A program made the translations under genes and the position numbers. The notes beneath the pieces are model-generated. The model had not been told where the DNA came from. It worked only from the letters and a program-made list of their open reading frames with translations, and made no database searches. This document shows positions 13,037 through 26,941 of a stretch of DNA of 64,000 bases, one piece after another; position 1 is the first letter of the stretch, and every line of letters starts with the position of its first letter. The DNA is taken from NCBI RefSeq assembly GCF_009914755.1, contig NC_060938.1. One strand, given 5' to 3'. This DNA comes from the human T2T-CHM13v2.0 reference genome, Homo sapiens.

Positions 13037-13299
13037 TTCATGATGTGGGTAATACACATAAAACTAACACTGCGGCACACTGGAGAGACTTCTAAATTGA
13101 AAAGGTAAATTTCTGTGTTATAATCTTTTCCCTATCACTAATCAACAGATGAACCTGACATGTCATGAAGCCATGGAATATCAAGTAGTTCTATATGCCT
13201 AAACTTAAGTGGGATCAGGGTGGAGGAGGTTGGGGGGAAGTGGGTGGAGTAGTAGAGTTATGAGATCCAAGGCTGGGCACCAGATCCTAGCACCAAATC

Positions 13300-13720
13300 A
13301 TGTCATATTTTAATGAGAAATGTTTAGAAACTTTCAGTTGATCTAAGAAGTGATGAGGAGAGAAAGAAATATTTTAAATTTGACATTATCAGTAATGCAA
13401 TTTAAACAATCACTAGCCAGGCTGTCGAAGATAGTTTACATTGTACTTAAAGACAGAATACTAAGCAAGCTGTGATAGAAAGACAAATAAATAGAATAAG
13501 TCAGTAGTAGTGGAAACATAGAGTTAAATGATGAAGACTTAGGAAATATTAAGAGGTTTAAACTACTGGACTTGATGCTTAAATATAGGAAGACGAAACA
13601 TGGGAGACGTGGGATCCGATTTACAGGTTTTTCTTTTTTTAGGATGAATGATTTTATGATTCATTGAGATGGAAAATACAAGAGGAGTAAGTACAATGAC
13701 TAAGAGATATAGAAGACTTT
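13300..13720 (-). mobile_element. L2 LINE remnant
   Basis: Degenerate purine-rich L2-like sequence. Confidence 0.4.
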
Positions 13721-14858
13721 TCTTCATTACTTAACAAACTAGCAATTCTAGTTTTCTGTTCTGCTTTTTTTTTTAACTGAACTGATGATCTGATATTTGT
13801 TTCAATGGTTGGATAGAGCCAATCAATTTAGATCTGTAAAGGACTTGTGATGTTGCATTCATGCTTTACAGAAATCTCCATGAGTAAAGAGAGCCTCTTA
13901 GGAGAACTGAGCAGTTTAAACTAAATACACTAATTTCACAGCTGATGACTTGAATAATCTAACCAGGCTCTGTATGACAGCCTCTTGTTCGACGTTTTAA
14001 GGGGATTCTATAATCTAAATAAATTTTCTAGAGGAAAGCTGTCAGTCTTTCAGTTTTGCTTGGCTTTAATCTGTGGAAAGACTCTGATAACCAGTAACAC
14101 AGGATTGAAAATGATGCATGAAATAAAATCTACAAAATATATTGAAAAGTGAAAAGAATGATGAGTTTAGATATGCATAGTAGTTATCAATCTGTCTCTC
14201 TTCCTAAAGAGCCACATCTAACAGAGACCTAATATTTCTTCCAGTATACTTATGCTGTCCACCTTAATCCATGCTCATACTGGCATACCCAATACAAAAG
14301 AAATTTTGGTTGTTCTAACTCTTTGTGATTAAAAAAAAAGTTCCTTCTTACCTAATTTCTAACTTGCTCCCTGCATCTTGCTATATAAATACCATGCAAA
14401 CCAGGAGATAAGAGACATCTAATACAGTGAATGGCTGCAAAGGATGTGTGAGATTAGTAGACAAAGAAAATGCATCAGAATGAAAACAGCATGAAATTTG
14501 ACAATAGACGTATCTGGTTTTATATGTAGGCTGTGAGCCTTTGTGGCTGTGTAATGATGATCATATATCAACGTTACTTTCCTCACATAAGCTGGAACTA
14601 ATACTGAAGACATATTAGAAGTAGTGGGTTAGTGCAATTAAATAGATATGTTAAATTTAATGGTATTAGAATGACAATGTCATTAGAACATTTATAAAAT
14701 GATTAGTCTAACACAAATACTACTTAAGACAATGTTAATAATGCTTTGAGAAATTTATTGTTCTCAAAATGTTAATACCGTTAAGTATTTTTGCTTAATG
14801 CACATTTTTTACATACAGTGTAAATTTTTTAGTTTATTACATCTTACTTTAAACACCA

Positions 14859-15273
14859 TATGTTAGGCTGTTTGTGTTGCTATAAAAATATTTGAGGCTG
14901 GGTAATTTATAAAGAAAAGAGGTCTAATTGGCTCACATCTCTGCAGGCTGTACAAATGCGGTGCTGGTGTCTGCTTCTGGTGAGAATCTCAGGAAGCCTG
15001 CAATCATGGTGGAAGGCGAATGGGGAGCAGACATCTCACATGGCAAGAGCTGGAGCAAGAGAGCAAAGGGGGAGGTGCCACACACTTTTAAACAACCAGG
15101 TCTCACATGAACTAACTGAGCAAGAACTAACTTATCACCAAGGGGATGGTGATAAGCCATTCCTGGGGAATCCACCCCCAGGATCTAATTACCTCCTACC
15201 AGACCCCACTTCCAACACTGGGAATTACACTTGAACATGAGATTTCCAGAGAACAAATATCCAAACCATATCA
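14859..15273 (-). mobile_element. MST (MSTA/MSTB-type) ERVL-MaLR solo LTR
   Basis: Hallmark segments ctgggtaatttataaagaaaagagg, caatcatggtggaaggcgaa and the terminus ccaaaccatatca. 5-bp TSD CACCA at 14854-14858 and 15274-15278. Confidence 0.93.
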
Positions 15274-18200
15274 CACCATATTTGGAATAATTTCAAAGTT
15301 AAAAACTTAAAGGGAAATTGAAAAAAATAATATCCATAAAAATTATATATGATCAAAATAACCCTGGGACTGAAACATCCAATATTTAAAATTATTTTAA
15401 CTTTAATTTTAAGAACAGTTATGTAGGTTTAATATATAAGTGAAGCTTCATATGTACTCTACTTAGAAGAGTTAAATAAGAAGTACAAAATTACTTAAAA
15501 ACTGTGATGTATTGCATTAAGGATATTCAAGTTTATTTTACTAATCTCTGTTGGTTATCATACAATCTCTACTATACACCTCCTATAGAAAACTGTCTTG
15601 AATTTTTGTATATTTATCTGTGTGTATGTTCCTGTCTGTATGAGAGGAGGGATTGTCTATTTCCCCTGAAATATGTATGCATTTTTCATTTCTATTTGAA
15701 GAATTCCAAAACTGAAAAATATACTAGTGACATTCCTTAAATTTGAAGTGTTTCATGCTTCTAGAATAAATTGTTTTTTAACATTATTATTTTGAAACCA
15801 TCATGATTTATTTTTCAGTATTGCTGCCCAGTAAATAGGTATTAAAGAAAGAAAAAATAAGAGGAGAAAAGAATTCATTAAAAAGCAATAAAATCAGAAA
15901 AACAATGCTGGAAACTTGATGTAAATAAATTTCCAGGACCAGATAGACTTTTCTCAAGAGTTTTGAAAGAAGTCAGGGGTGAAATTGTTAGCCAAAGTAC
16001 CTTACCTGTTGGAGTAAAATCTGCAGTGTCAGGGTACAAAATCCTGCCAATGTTATCGACACTGAGAAGGCACTCTGCAAACACAATTGTTGAGATTTCA
16101 TTCTTTGGTGCCTATTTTAAAAATGTATTATGAGAAAGAAATTTCAATTCTGCAAGCACAAATATACCTTACTAAACTTTTCATTCATTAATTAATTTAT
16201 CTAGTATGCCAATGGGACTTTTTTACATGATCTTTTTCCAAAGATTATGAAATATTTCTCTTTATGGGTGGATTATTTTCATCATGTGTACTCTATACAG
16301 ACAAGAATTAAAAAACAGTTCATATGACTGTATGTCAATGTCAATAGTGATGCTTCACTGTAAACCATGTTGTCTTTAGGCTTACCTATATTTTAAAACA
16401 TTATTAGGAAAATAGAGTACAAACAGTTAAATTCCTATTTTACTAAATTCCTAAAATTCCTAGTAAAAAAAACTGTTAAAAATAATTTTAAGAGTTTATG
16501 GAAGGTTAGACAACACATTTTAGGTATGGAAGTCATTGCCAAATGGGGTTACCTATTCACACATACACACACACAAATGTACATAATGTAGGACTCAAGT
16601 CTCACACAGAAATAAGCACTATTTTTGTCAAATAAAACCAGCAGCTGACAAATTTAATAGCAACATTATCCAAAGTGCCACTGAAAGCTGAAAATACAGA
16701 CTCAAAGGCGCTGAACTTAACTCACGAGTTAGCCAGGTTTTAACATGAAATCGGGGATACTCGCCTGAAAGTTCTTAAACATTGGAAAATTTCTGGGCTA
16801 GATAGATTATTGATTAGACACAGGGTATCATTAAGTTATTTACCTGATCATACAGACATATTTGTCTAATATCTAATTTTTGTCACTTTATTATAAATAT
16901 ATGGAAAGAAAATCAATCTTAAAGGTTTGGGATCACATTGAGTATTTAAATAATAGTGTATTTAAATAAGTTATTTGGTGTGTTAGTGGCTGAAGATAGA
17001 AAACCAATAGGAGACATCTCAGGTTCTTAAAGGTCACAGTTAGGCATTAAATACAGCAACACTTAGGTAAATATTACATCTCTCTCTTTACTTGTGGCTT
17101 TAGTCATGACACCAAATGTGAGTGCTCCAAAGATGCATTTTATCTAGTGTTTTCTGGGAGGTAAAGAGTGCTTTGAGATACTAAGGATCTGGATCCACAC
17201 TAGGCAAAGTCCTGGGCCTGATTCTGTACAGGGGTTATTCAATCCTTTATCTTGTAGTTGATTTATCTTTAATCTAATGAGAAAACAACAACGGAGAAAG
17301 GGTTGGGGGAAGCAATCACCATTTGTTTGATATAAGTGATAGGAGTATGGCATGTAGGAGCTGATCTCTCCTATGAACAGAATTTTCTTATAGTCTCAAG
17401 TAAGAAAAAAATCTTTCAAGGAAAAGGGAATTCTCATTCACCAAAAGGAAATGGCACGTACACATATATTTGGGGGTAAACCTGAAACAAGTATCAAAAG
17501 TGAAATGTGCCCAGAATGAAAATTGGCTTCTCCAGGAGGTAGCATGGAAAATGCGAAAGAAAGAAAAATGGAAAGTAAAGCTGTTTCATTTCATTGAATT
17601 TTCTTGAGAGATGTTAAATTTCAGCAAGTTGTTTTGTTTTCAAAACATCTGCCCAAGTGTGTTCTCCTGTGATTCTTACAATTGTTTTGATAGTTGGCAC
17701 TGCTTCTGGGTTTGCATATATGGAACTGATTATTTGTCACAGTGGGAGTGGGTACATTTACATTTCTTCTTGGCTGCAGAGAAAAAAAATGTGCTGCTTT
17801 ATGACAGTACAAAGAGAGGTCAGAGAGATCCAGATATTAGAATCATTTCCAAACACATAGTGCTTGCTATTCCTTAAGTTGCAGGGTGACATTTATTTTA
17901 ATGCTATTTAAATGCATCAGATTCTACCACACTGTTTGGCATGCATGTATTCATGAGAAAGTCTACATTTTGTGCATAATGCATGGAGTTTAAAGCTAAT
18001 CATGTCCCATTTTTACATAGTTATTAAGTATCAAAAATGTTTTCATTAATCAGCTAGCATTTAGTTAATATAAAATATCCATATGATTATATCTCAATTA
18101 GTTGCCTATTCAAAACAGTGACATTTTGTGTGTTATTGGACAACCTTACTGCCCACACAGATGGTATGCAATAAAAACATTAGCCAAATATTATATCATG

Positions 18201-18739
18201 ACTGGTTGAACAAACTAAAGCACATTCATCTTAATAAAATACAATATAGATCAGGCCTCTGCAGAAATCCAACAACGAAATTATTATCAAAACAGATTGG
18301 TGTTCACTCTAACATATGCTGCCAATTGAACATATTTTGCATTTGTGTGTGTAACAAGCAGATACAGATATGTAATATTCTGTCTTTGATCTTGAGCCCA
18401 TTTTACTTAATATTAAACAACAAACACAAAAGCAGATGGATTATAAAGTTATGAATTTGAGTATATCTTATGACCATTTGGAATACACATCATAAGTATG
18501 CTATTAAAATTATTTAAAAGAATTATTAACTACCATGTGAACACTCATTAGTAAAATAATATCCTTTATTCATTAGTAGTAAGATATTTGTATGAAAATA
18601 TTCCTAAAATAGAATGCAATTCTTAGTAATAATCATAATAAGCATTCATTATTAGTATTACTCTTACAGTTTTTAACTAGATTATGCCTAGGTTTTTATC
18701 TAGGTTTTATCTAGATTATGCAATTAAATACTTATAAAC

Positions 18740-18905
18740 AAACTGAAAAAAATACTAATTACAGTCTAGACTTTTCTGATGAAGAAACATAAGTATAAAG
18801 AGATAAATTAAATTTTCCAAAGTTATACTAAAAATAGCTGGTCATGAGGGTAGGATTCAGATCTAGGTAGACTAACTCCAAAACCCATAATTTAAAGAAA
18901 CAGCT
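18740..18905 (-). mobile_element. MIR fragment
   Basis: gatgaagaaac..tttccaaagttatac..taggattcagatctagg..actccaaaacccat matches the reverse MIR core. Confidence 0.6.
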
Positions 18906-18989
18906 ATACTTTCTCTTCAAATATATTCACTCAAAGTCATGACATCAGTGTTGAACTTTATTATCACTCTCCATAGAACCACTTTATAT

Positions 18990-19118
18990 AATAAACCTTA
19001 AGGTCATCAGGTAAAGAGATAATTCTTATTGATTTCTGTAACCTGGATACCTAGCATATTGCCTAAAATAAGAGCAGACATTCAATATGCTTAAAAGATT
19101 GAAAGACTAAATGAATGA
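18990..19118 (+). mobile_element. L2 3' end
   Basis: cctagcatattgcct..cattcaata..aatgaatga matches the L2 3' terminus. Confidence 0.6.
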
Positions 19119-19989
19119 GCTACTGATGGTTGAGTTGCTGATATACATGGTGGTGTCCTGGGAAGCATCCACTTTTTAAGACATACTTGTTGGTTGTATC
19201 CTCACGAATATGTGCGGATTTGCTAGATTAAGACAAAATTGCAAGAGCCCTCAGAAATGCACATATATAAATGTATACAACTACACATATATTCATAAAT
19301 ACACATAATACATATATGTACACAGATATAGATGAAAATATATTTTACATATTATTGTAATGAACAAAAATATTGAACTGTTTGCCATTTGCAATAGATT
19401 CTCTTATTCTTGTCTCTTCTCCTTGGTTAAAGGAAAAATTGTTTAGAATATAATTTTAGAATCTGAATGCATTTTGGCAAATGAGTGAAGGCAGTAATTG
19501 CTGACTTATCACCTTATCTGTGACAAAAATCTCTCTTAGCCATTAGCTGGTATGAGAGCTTTTGTTTCTCAGTTTTCCTCTAATGATGCAGCTCCACTTA
19601 CCCTTTTTTTCTGAATAGCAAGGGTGAGTTGGTTAAGATTCATATAAACAGTGTCTTGACAATGAAGAATTACATGGCCCAGTGGAAACCATATACTAAA
19701 TAGCACCCAATGCTTATATTTAAATACCCATATACAATTACCACAAACCTTAAGATTTATTTCTATTTTATTTCCACATGCTTTTAATTAGTGGAGCTAT
19801 CAGGCACATTTTCAGTATTTTTTAAAGCAGTGATCTGTGTAGTTCACAGAAAGCCATTTTTCACCATAACATTTCTCTAAATTATGATTTGGTAAAGTAA
19901 TAATCTTTCTAATTCTTTGTTCATCATTCAGTGAATTGCTAAGTCTAAAATTTCCTTCATAAGCAGAAGCATTTCTTTGGTAAGTATTA

Positions 19990-20200
19990 GTCTATCCGAT
20001 TCCATTTTTCTGCAACTCTCTCTTGTAATCCATTTTTCACATCACCTCTAGATTGATGTGGTTTATAAAATGTCTCTGTATGTAACTATCTATCTTCCAA
20101 AACCTATATTATCATCATTGCTATAAGGACAAGCTCCAAGTTCCTTCTCACAGCAAGAAATGGACATCAAAGTTTGATTCTTTCTCACCACCCTTCTTCT
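19990..20200 (+). mobile_element. L2 fragment
   Basis: Degenerate L2 3' region (aatccatttttcac..cattgctataaggacaagctccaag). Confidence 0.4.
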
Positions 20201-21469
20201 TAACTAATTATTAACTTTGTTCATTGGCTGCAATATTCTTCTCTATTTAGGATTTGTCTCTGAGACAAAAAAGACCAATTGAATGGGCCTCAGGATCACC
20301 TGTGACTTGGAGGTTCACAAGAAATAAAGTCAGATTGAAGTAGCATTCCTAAAAGAAATTACAAGAGTATTTCTGAAACAAAGACACAAGGCTATATTCA
20401 GAGGAAAAATGTGTTAATAATCAGAAGAGTTATGTACTGAGGTCTGCTGAGAAGGCAAATATCAGAATAAGTAGAGAAGTCAGTGAATTGGAAATCTAAG
20501 AAACATAGGAACAAGAGCAAAGTACAAATTCAATTGAGCAGTATGAGTTATTCATCCAACTGTGATATCTTATAAGACATCCTTTCATTCAGTGTTCACA
20601 CACTGGATTTAGGTGTGTGTGTGTTGGGGGGGTCAGCACAGCTGCTTAAACACTGAGTTGGAGGGAGCTTAAATTCACTAAGACTCTCCTTTACAAACTC
20701 TTCTAAATGTGCTCCATGAAAGGCTGTAGCACATTTAAAAAATCCTTTAAGAGTAAAATGTGAGCTCTCCCTGACCCTAAAATTGAACTGACATCTGTGG
20801 TATCATGAAACTTGAACCACTCCTATGGAACACTTCAGTTCTTTTTTTAAAGCCTTTAATCTTGATTGTCAAGGCAGAATTGTCAAAATGGAATCACGAA
20901 ATCTGGTTTCAGAAGAGAACAGTAAAATACAGGCTGGGTATGCTTGAGGGTGAGTAACCATAAGCTCTAAAGTTGGGATTGGTAAGACTTTATATATTTC
21001 CTGGAATGGACCAAAGCAGCATGGCCGAGTACTGGAATGGGATCCTCAGGAAAAGTATTTCACAAAAAGACCTGATAGCAGTGCTGTCCCCTAGAAATGG
21101 GCTTTTAGAATTTTATAAGCCTAGAATGCTTTGGTTGTCAGGAAGTTTTTTCATTCTATGTGACATTTTAGGAAAAACAATCAATGGGTAAGGGATCATA
21201 ATTGCCATGGTGGTGAGTTGAAATTTACGTTGCAACTTTCACAGGTAGACTTGATTATGAAGAAAGGGTTGACATGATTATCTGATTGGGAGGAGACACA
21301 TCACGTAAGGATGCTCAAAACATTAATAGCATCTTCCATTTAGATTTTGGTCTGAAAGGAGCAAATATTGGAACCAATAATTTCTAGAGGGACATGAAAA
21401 GAATTAAACTGAGTAACATGTCCAAGAATACGAGAATACTATAAAATTTATATTGCTATTTTAATAACA

Positions 21470-22485
21470 TATTCTTAATTATTTTTAAGCTTCTCTGTTG
21501 GTGTATAGAAATGTGAATATTGATCTTTTATCATTTTGTAAACAGAAAACCTCAACGGAACTATAGATTTTCTTGGAAATTATAGGAATTTTACAAATGA
21601 TATAATCATTTGTAATGAAAAATGAATAGCAACAGTTTTGTTTCTTTCCAACCCTTATAACGTTCATATAATTTTCTGAAATTGTTACTTGGCTAAGTCC
21701 ACCAATACATGTTCAATAGGAACTATGTCAGATTTTGATTTTTGTTGATGATTTAAAAATATTATCATATTCTTCACTAGTGTTATAATTGTTGTAAAGT
21801 TTGACAGGTACTTGTTATCAGATTTAGCGTGCTGCCTTCTATTAATATTACTAATTTTATAAGTTATAATTTTTTATTAGTTTCAAGAATGAAAGATGAA
21901 ATATATTACTTTTTCTGTATCATTTGAAACACTTTTTCCTTTAAGCCCGTTGTATAATCAGTTACATATTTTTAAAAATAGTTTCATTGTCTTTTAAAAG
22001 TCATCCTAGATTGGGTGGGTATTTGTTAAAAGCTTTGCATCTGTCTCCATTAGTAAGATTAGTTTATAATTTTGATTGCTTTGACAAACAAGATTATCTT
22101 AGAGAGACGAAATGGAGTTTCTCTTATTCTTTCTTATTTGGGAAAGTTTATATAAGACCCACATTATCTCTTCTTTGATACTTTGTCTGAATTCACCTTC
22201 ATACCAACCTGAATTGATATTCTTAACTATATTTTCAAGTCCTTAATGTCTCTGTAATTTTAGGGGCTTTTTAATTCTTTGTAAGATTTCACTAGTTACA
22301 TTGTTTCTAAGATTTTATCTTTTTCATGTGTTTTTAAACTTACTGGCGCAAAGATTTTAACAATATTATATATCATATTTTTCCATCTTTGAAAACTTTT
22401 TATTTCCAACTTGGTTCATTTGTCTTCAATAATTGATTAATATCACCAGATGCTGGGCTTTATTACTAGTCTTTAACAAAACAAA
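21470..22485 (-). mobile_element. Ancient L1M ORF2 fragment (host, left part)
   Basis: tgttggtgtatagaaatg, cttggctaag..ccaatacatgttcaatagg and tttgcatct are L1 ORF2 antisense motifs, heavily diverged. Confidence 0.7.
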
Positions 22486-22494
22486 CTGTGCAAT

Positions 22495-24890
22495 GATATC
22501 AGCAAGATGGCAGCATAGGAGGTTCCCTGTTCATATTCTCCCAAAGCAACTATAATTTCACAGCCATCCATGGACAAAAGAGCCTTTGTGGGAGCTTTGG
22601 GATTTGGGTAGGAAACCTGGTGAAGCTGAAGACCTCAGAGGACTCTTTTAAGAGGACAGACCTCCCCACAGGTGGTAGGTTCACCGACTGTACTCGTGAA
22701 TCCAGATACAGAAATGGCCTGTCACCCTGTGGACTCAGCTACAGTCTTATTTGGCCTTGGTCCTGCCACCAGAACCATCCACCACTGGATCTGAGAGAAG
22801 TCATGCTCACTTGTGCTTGCATGACAGGCCCACTGACGTTGGTTCCAGCTGTGGACCCTGAAACAGCCTTGTAATACAGTCCCAGCTCTTCTTGGCTGCG
22901 GTCTGAAAGTAGCATTGCTCACACAGGGGACTAGTGCCCATTGTGTTCCCAGGACAGGCTTGCAGACTCCAGCCAAAGCAGATGCTGAAATGGTCCTATA
23001 GCGTGGCCCCCACCCCTCAAAGCTATGGTCTGAGAGTAGTTCCATCTGCTCACTGACCTAGAAGACATGCCAGTGTGTTCCCTCAGAGATGGCCCTGTGA
23101 CTCGGTTCCAGGCCCTCTTAGCCATAGTCTAGGGCCGAAGACTCACCCAGTGACCCAGGGGGAGCCCTTCCAAGGAATAGAGGAAGTCACACTGTCCACA
23201 CACCTGATAACAGCCTTGCTGTCTGTGGACCTTGAAGTGCACCCTCATCCCAATGTCAGCCTTACTGATAAAAGTATTAGAGGCATTCTAGTCTACCAAG
23301 AGAAAAGACAGGATGAATGCCCACTTGAGCCCCTAGTAAAAGACCTGCCAACTGCAGACCCTAGTGTGAACCCAGTGGCACCACATGATCCAGCTCCAAT
23401 TCCACTCAACCGTGATCCCAAAGGCAATCCGATAAGCCTGGAAATGCACCAGGAGAAGGTCTTTACTTACTGAAACCAGTCTGTAAAGACTGGAAGAAGT
23501 GTTTGCTCCTTCAAATGCACAGACACCAACACAAGGCTACACAGATGAAAAAGATACAGGCAAACATACCACCAAAGGAAACTTGTAAATCTTCAGTAAC
23601 CTAAATTTGTGGGATACAGCAAAAGTAGTTCTAAGAGAAAAGTTTATAGCAATAAATGCCAACATTAAGGAAAGGGTAAAATCTCAAATAAAGAACTGAG
23701 CTTCCCACCTCATGGTACTGGAAGAGAAAGAATAAATAAAGTCCCAAATCAGCAAAAAGAGGAAAATAATAAAGATTGTAGCAGAAATAAAGTAGAGACT
23801 AGAAAGACAATAGAGTTGTTTCTTTGAAAAGATAAATAAAATTGATATCCTTTTAGCTAGACTAACCAAGAAGAAAGAGAGATGACTCAAATAAATAAAA
23901 TTATAAATGAAATAGGAGCCATTAAAACTGATATCACAAAATATAAAGAATCATAAGAAACTACAATGAACACTTATATGCAAAAAAATTGTCTAACCTA
24001 GAAGAAATTGACACACTCCTAGAGATATACAACCTACCAAGACTGAATTACAAGGAAGTGGAAAATCTGAACAGAGCAATAGCAAAAGGAGATTGAATGA
24101 GTAATCAAAAAAATCTCCCAACAAAGAATATTCCAGAACCAGATAATTTCATGAATAAATTATGTCAAGCATTTAAATAATGATTAATCCAATCTTTCTT
24201 TAATTCTTCTAAAAAAATTAAAGAGGGAGACAACTTCAAAACTTTTTCATAAGGCTAGCATTATCCTCAAAGCAATGCCATCCAAGAACACTGCAAGACA
24301 AGAACACTACAGGCTGAAGAACTTGATAAAGATGGATGCGAATTTCCTCAAATATATTAGCAAACTGACTCAACAGTACACTAAAATGATCATCTACCTT
24401 ATTCAGGTAAAATTTATTCCTGGGATGCAAGGATAGTTTAACTTATTCAAATCAATACAAGTGATACTCCTTATTAACAGAATGAAGGGCTAAACGTCAC
24501 ATGATCATCTCAATTGATGCAGAAAAAGCATTTGACAATATTCAACATCCTTTCATGATAAAAACTCTCAACAAATATCGTATAGAAGTAATGTGCCTCA
24601 ACACAGTAAAAGCCATGTAGACAGCTTACAGTTAAAATTATATTCAGTAGTGAAAAGCTGAAAGCTCTTTAGGAAAACAAGTGTGCCCACTCTCACCATT
24701 TCTTTTCAACAAAGTGATGGAAATCCTAGCCAGAACAATTAGACAAGTAAAAGAAAAAGCATCCACATTGGAAAGGAAGAAATTATTTTTTTTCTGTTTG
24801 TAGATAACATGATCTTATATTTTAAAAAGACTTTACCAATAAACTGTTTGAAATAATAAATTAATTCAGTAATGTTGCATGACCCCAAAT
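22495..24890 (+). mobile_element. L1MA/L1MB-age LINE-1: 5'UTR and ORF1 start fused to mid-ORF2/RT, 3' end missing
   Basis: Starts cagcaagatggcagcatagg. ORF1-start-like sequence at ~23520-23600. From ~23602 it is ORF2 (tgtgggatacagcaaaagtagttctaagag; gatgcagaaaaagcatttgacaa; tgcccactctcacc). Confidence 0.85.
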
Positions 24891-25185
24891 CACTATTTTT
24901 AAAACATTCCATGTACTTTTGAACAAAGTTATATTATCTGATATTAGGGTGCAGAATTTTATGAATGCCTATTAAATTAAATTGCTTACATGGTTTAAAT
25001 CTTCTATATTTTTACTGCTAAGTACGAAGCAGAACAATAATTGAAATAACTGTATCAAAACCACCCAAAATGATGTTTGTCTACTGGTCACTATACTTCT
25101 ATGAATTTTGTAAATACATTCGAGAATTTATTTCATGAAATTTCATAGTTGTTATTTTGACCTAGTAAATTGTACTTTTTAATCA
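24891..25185 (-). mobile_element. Ancient L1M ORF2 endonuclease fragment (host, right part)
   Basis: cattccatgtacttttgaa..aaatcttctatatttttactg is EN antisense sequence, colinear with 21470-22485. Confidence 0.6.
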
Positions 25186-25439
25186 TATATTTTGTATGTA
25201 TAATTCAAAATCAATTCAAGAAAAGAGAGAAAAAACATAAAACTCAATATTATATATACTTAAAAATACATATTTAAAAATCTTGGTTAATAGATATGTA
25301 AGTTATGAAAGGGAGATGGAAAACAAGAAGTCTATTTTAACAATGAAGACAGTTTAACTAAAAAATAAAACAGGAATGGTACCTCATTCAAACTAGTAAA
25401 TTGCCATAAATTGAAGGATAAGACTCACTCCTTGAACTA

Positions 25440-25955
<516 letters not shown>

Positions 25956-26571
25956 TCATTGAAAATTAGACAGAAGAGGCAAAAAGTAGGATATTCCTTG
26001 TTTAAAATCTTGGAAAGAAAAGCAAATACCATTACTTCCCTCATCCCCATAAGGAAAAGGTAGTGTGTAAACTGTCTTTGTGGTAAATGTTTTTCCAGTC
26101 TTTTAAATATTTGCCTACACATTAAGTTATCAATTTATTGACAAATATTTTCCTCAACATAAACATGGCAATCAGACTTTATAACAATATGCACACATCT
26201 AAGAGAAGGACAGTGGGCTTTACTAACTATTGGAAATCATCTATTGTTTTTGGATTTAAAAACAACTTCTTAGTTATAAGAATAATACACGTTTATTTTA
26301 TCAAAAATTTAAAAATACAGATAAGCAATTAAAAACAGTGAAGAAAGACTTTTAATTTCTAGAGCAGAGATAACTATAGTTGGTGTATAAACTTACACAT
26401 AGTCTTTGTATGTATATGGAGAGACAGGTCGTTAAGGTCATTCCATATCGATGAATGTCAATGACCAAACTAAATCTTAATAGGTGAAAGTATCCCATAG
26501 CATGATGATTTATTTACTTTGGGCATTTGTGCTGTTATTTGCCACATGATTTCAGTTACTATCCTATATTG

Positions 26572-26941
26572 TAGGTTGAGCAGTCCTAATCAGAAAATCT
26601 GAAATCTGAAATGCTCTGCCATCCATAATGCTCCAAAATCTGAAACTGTTTGAGTGCTGTAATGGTGCCACAAGTGGAAAATTTTACACCTGCTCTCATG
26701 TGACAGGTCACAGTCTAGATGCAGCCAAAACTTTATTTCATGCACAAAATTATTAAGCACAAATTACCTTCAGATTCTGTGTATAAAGTTTCATATGTAT
26801 GAAGCATAAAAGAATTTCCTATTTAGACTTGGGTACCATCCCCAAGATATCCTATTATTTATATGTGAATATTCTAAAAAATATCCCAAAATCTGGAACA
26901 CTTCTGGTCTGAAGCATTTTGGATATGGGCTATTCAACATG
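26572..26941 (+). mobile_element. Tigger4b (MER46B/Zombi) TcMar MITE
   Basis: Termini taggttgagc... and ...tattcaacatg followed by TA. Internal gccacaagtggaaaatt, aaattaccttcag and acacttctggtc. Confidence 0.88.

Noticed and set aside
13211-13247. G-rich patch as a possible G-quadruplex
   Set aside because: Needs an 11-nt loop, so it is weak and has no supporting context.
17657-17860. Short ORF with a hydrophobic, signal-peptide-like start
   Set aside because: Non-ATG start, and hydrophobic runs are expected from T-rich DNA. No homology recognised.
23075-23473. 132-aa plus-strand ORF
   Set aside because: Lies within a GC-richer L1 5'UTR where stops are rarer. No recognisable domain.
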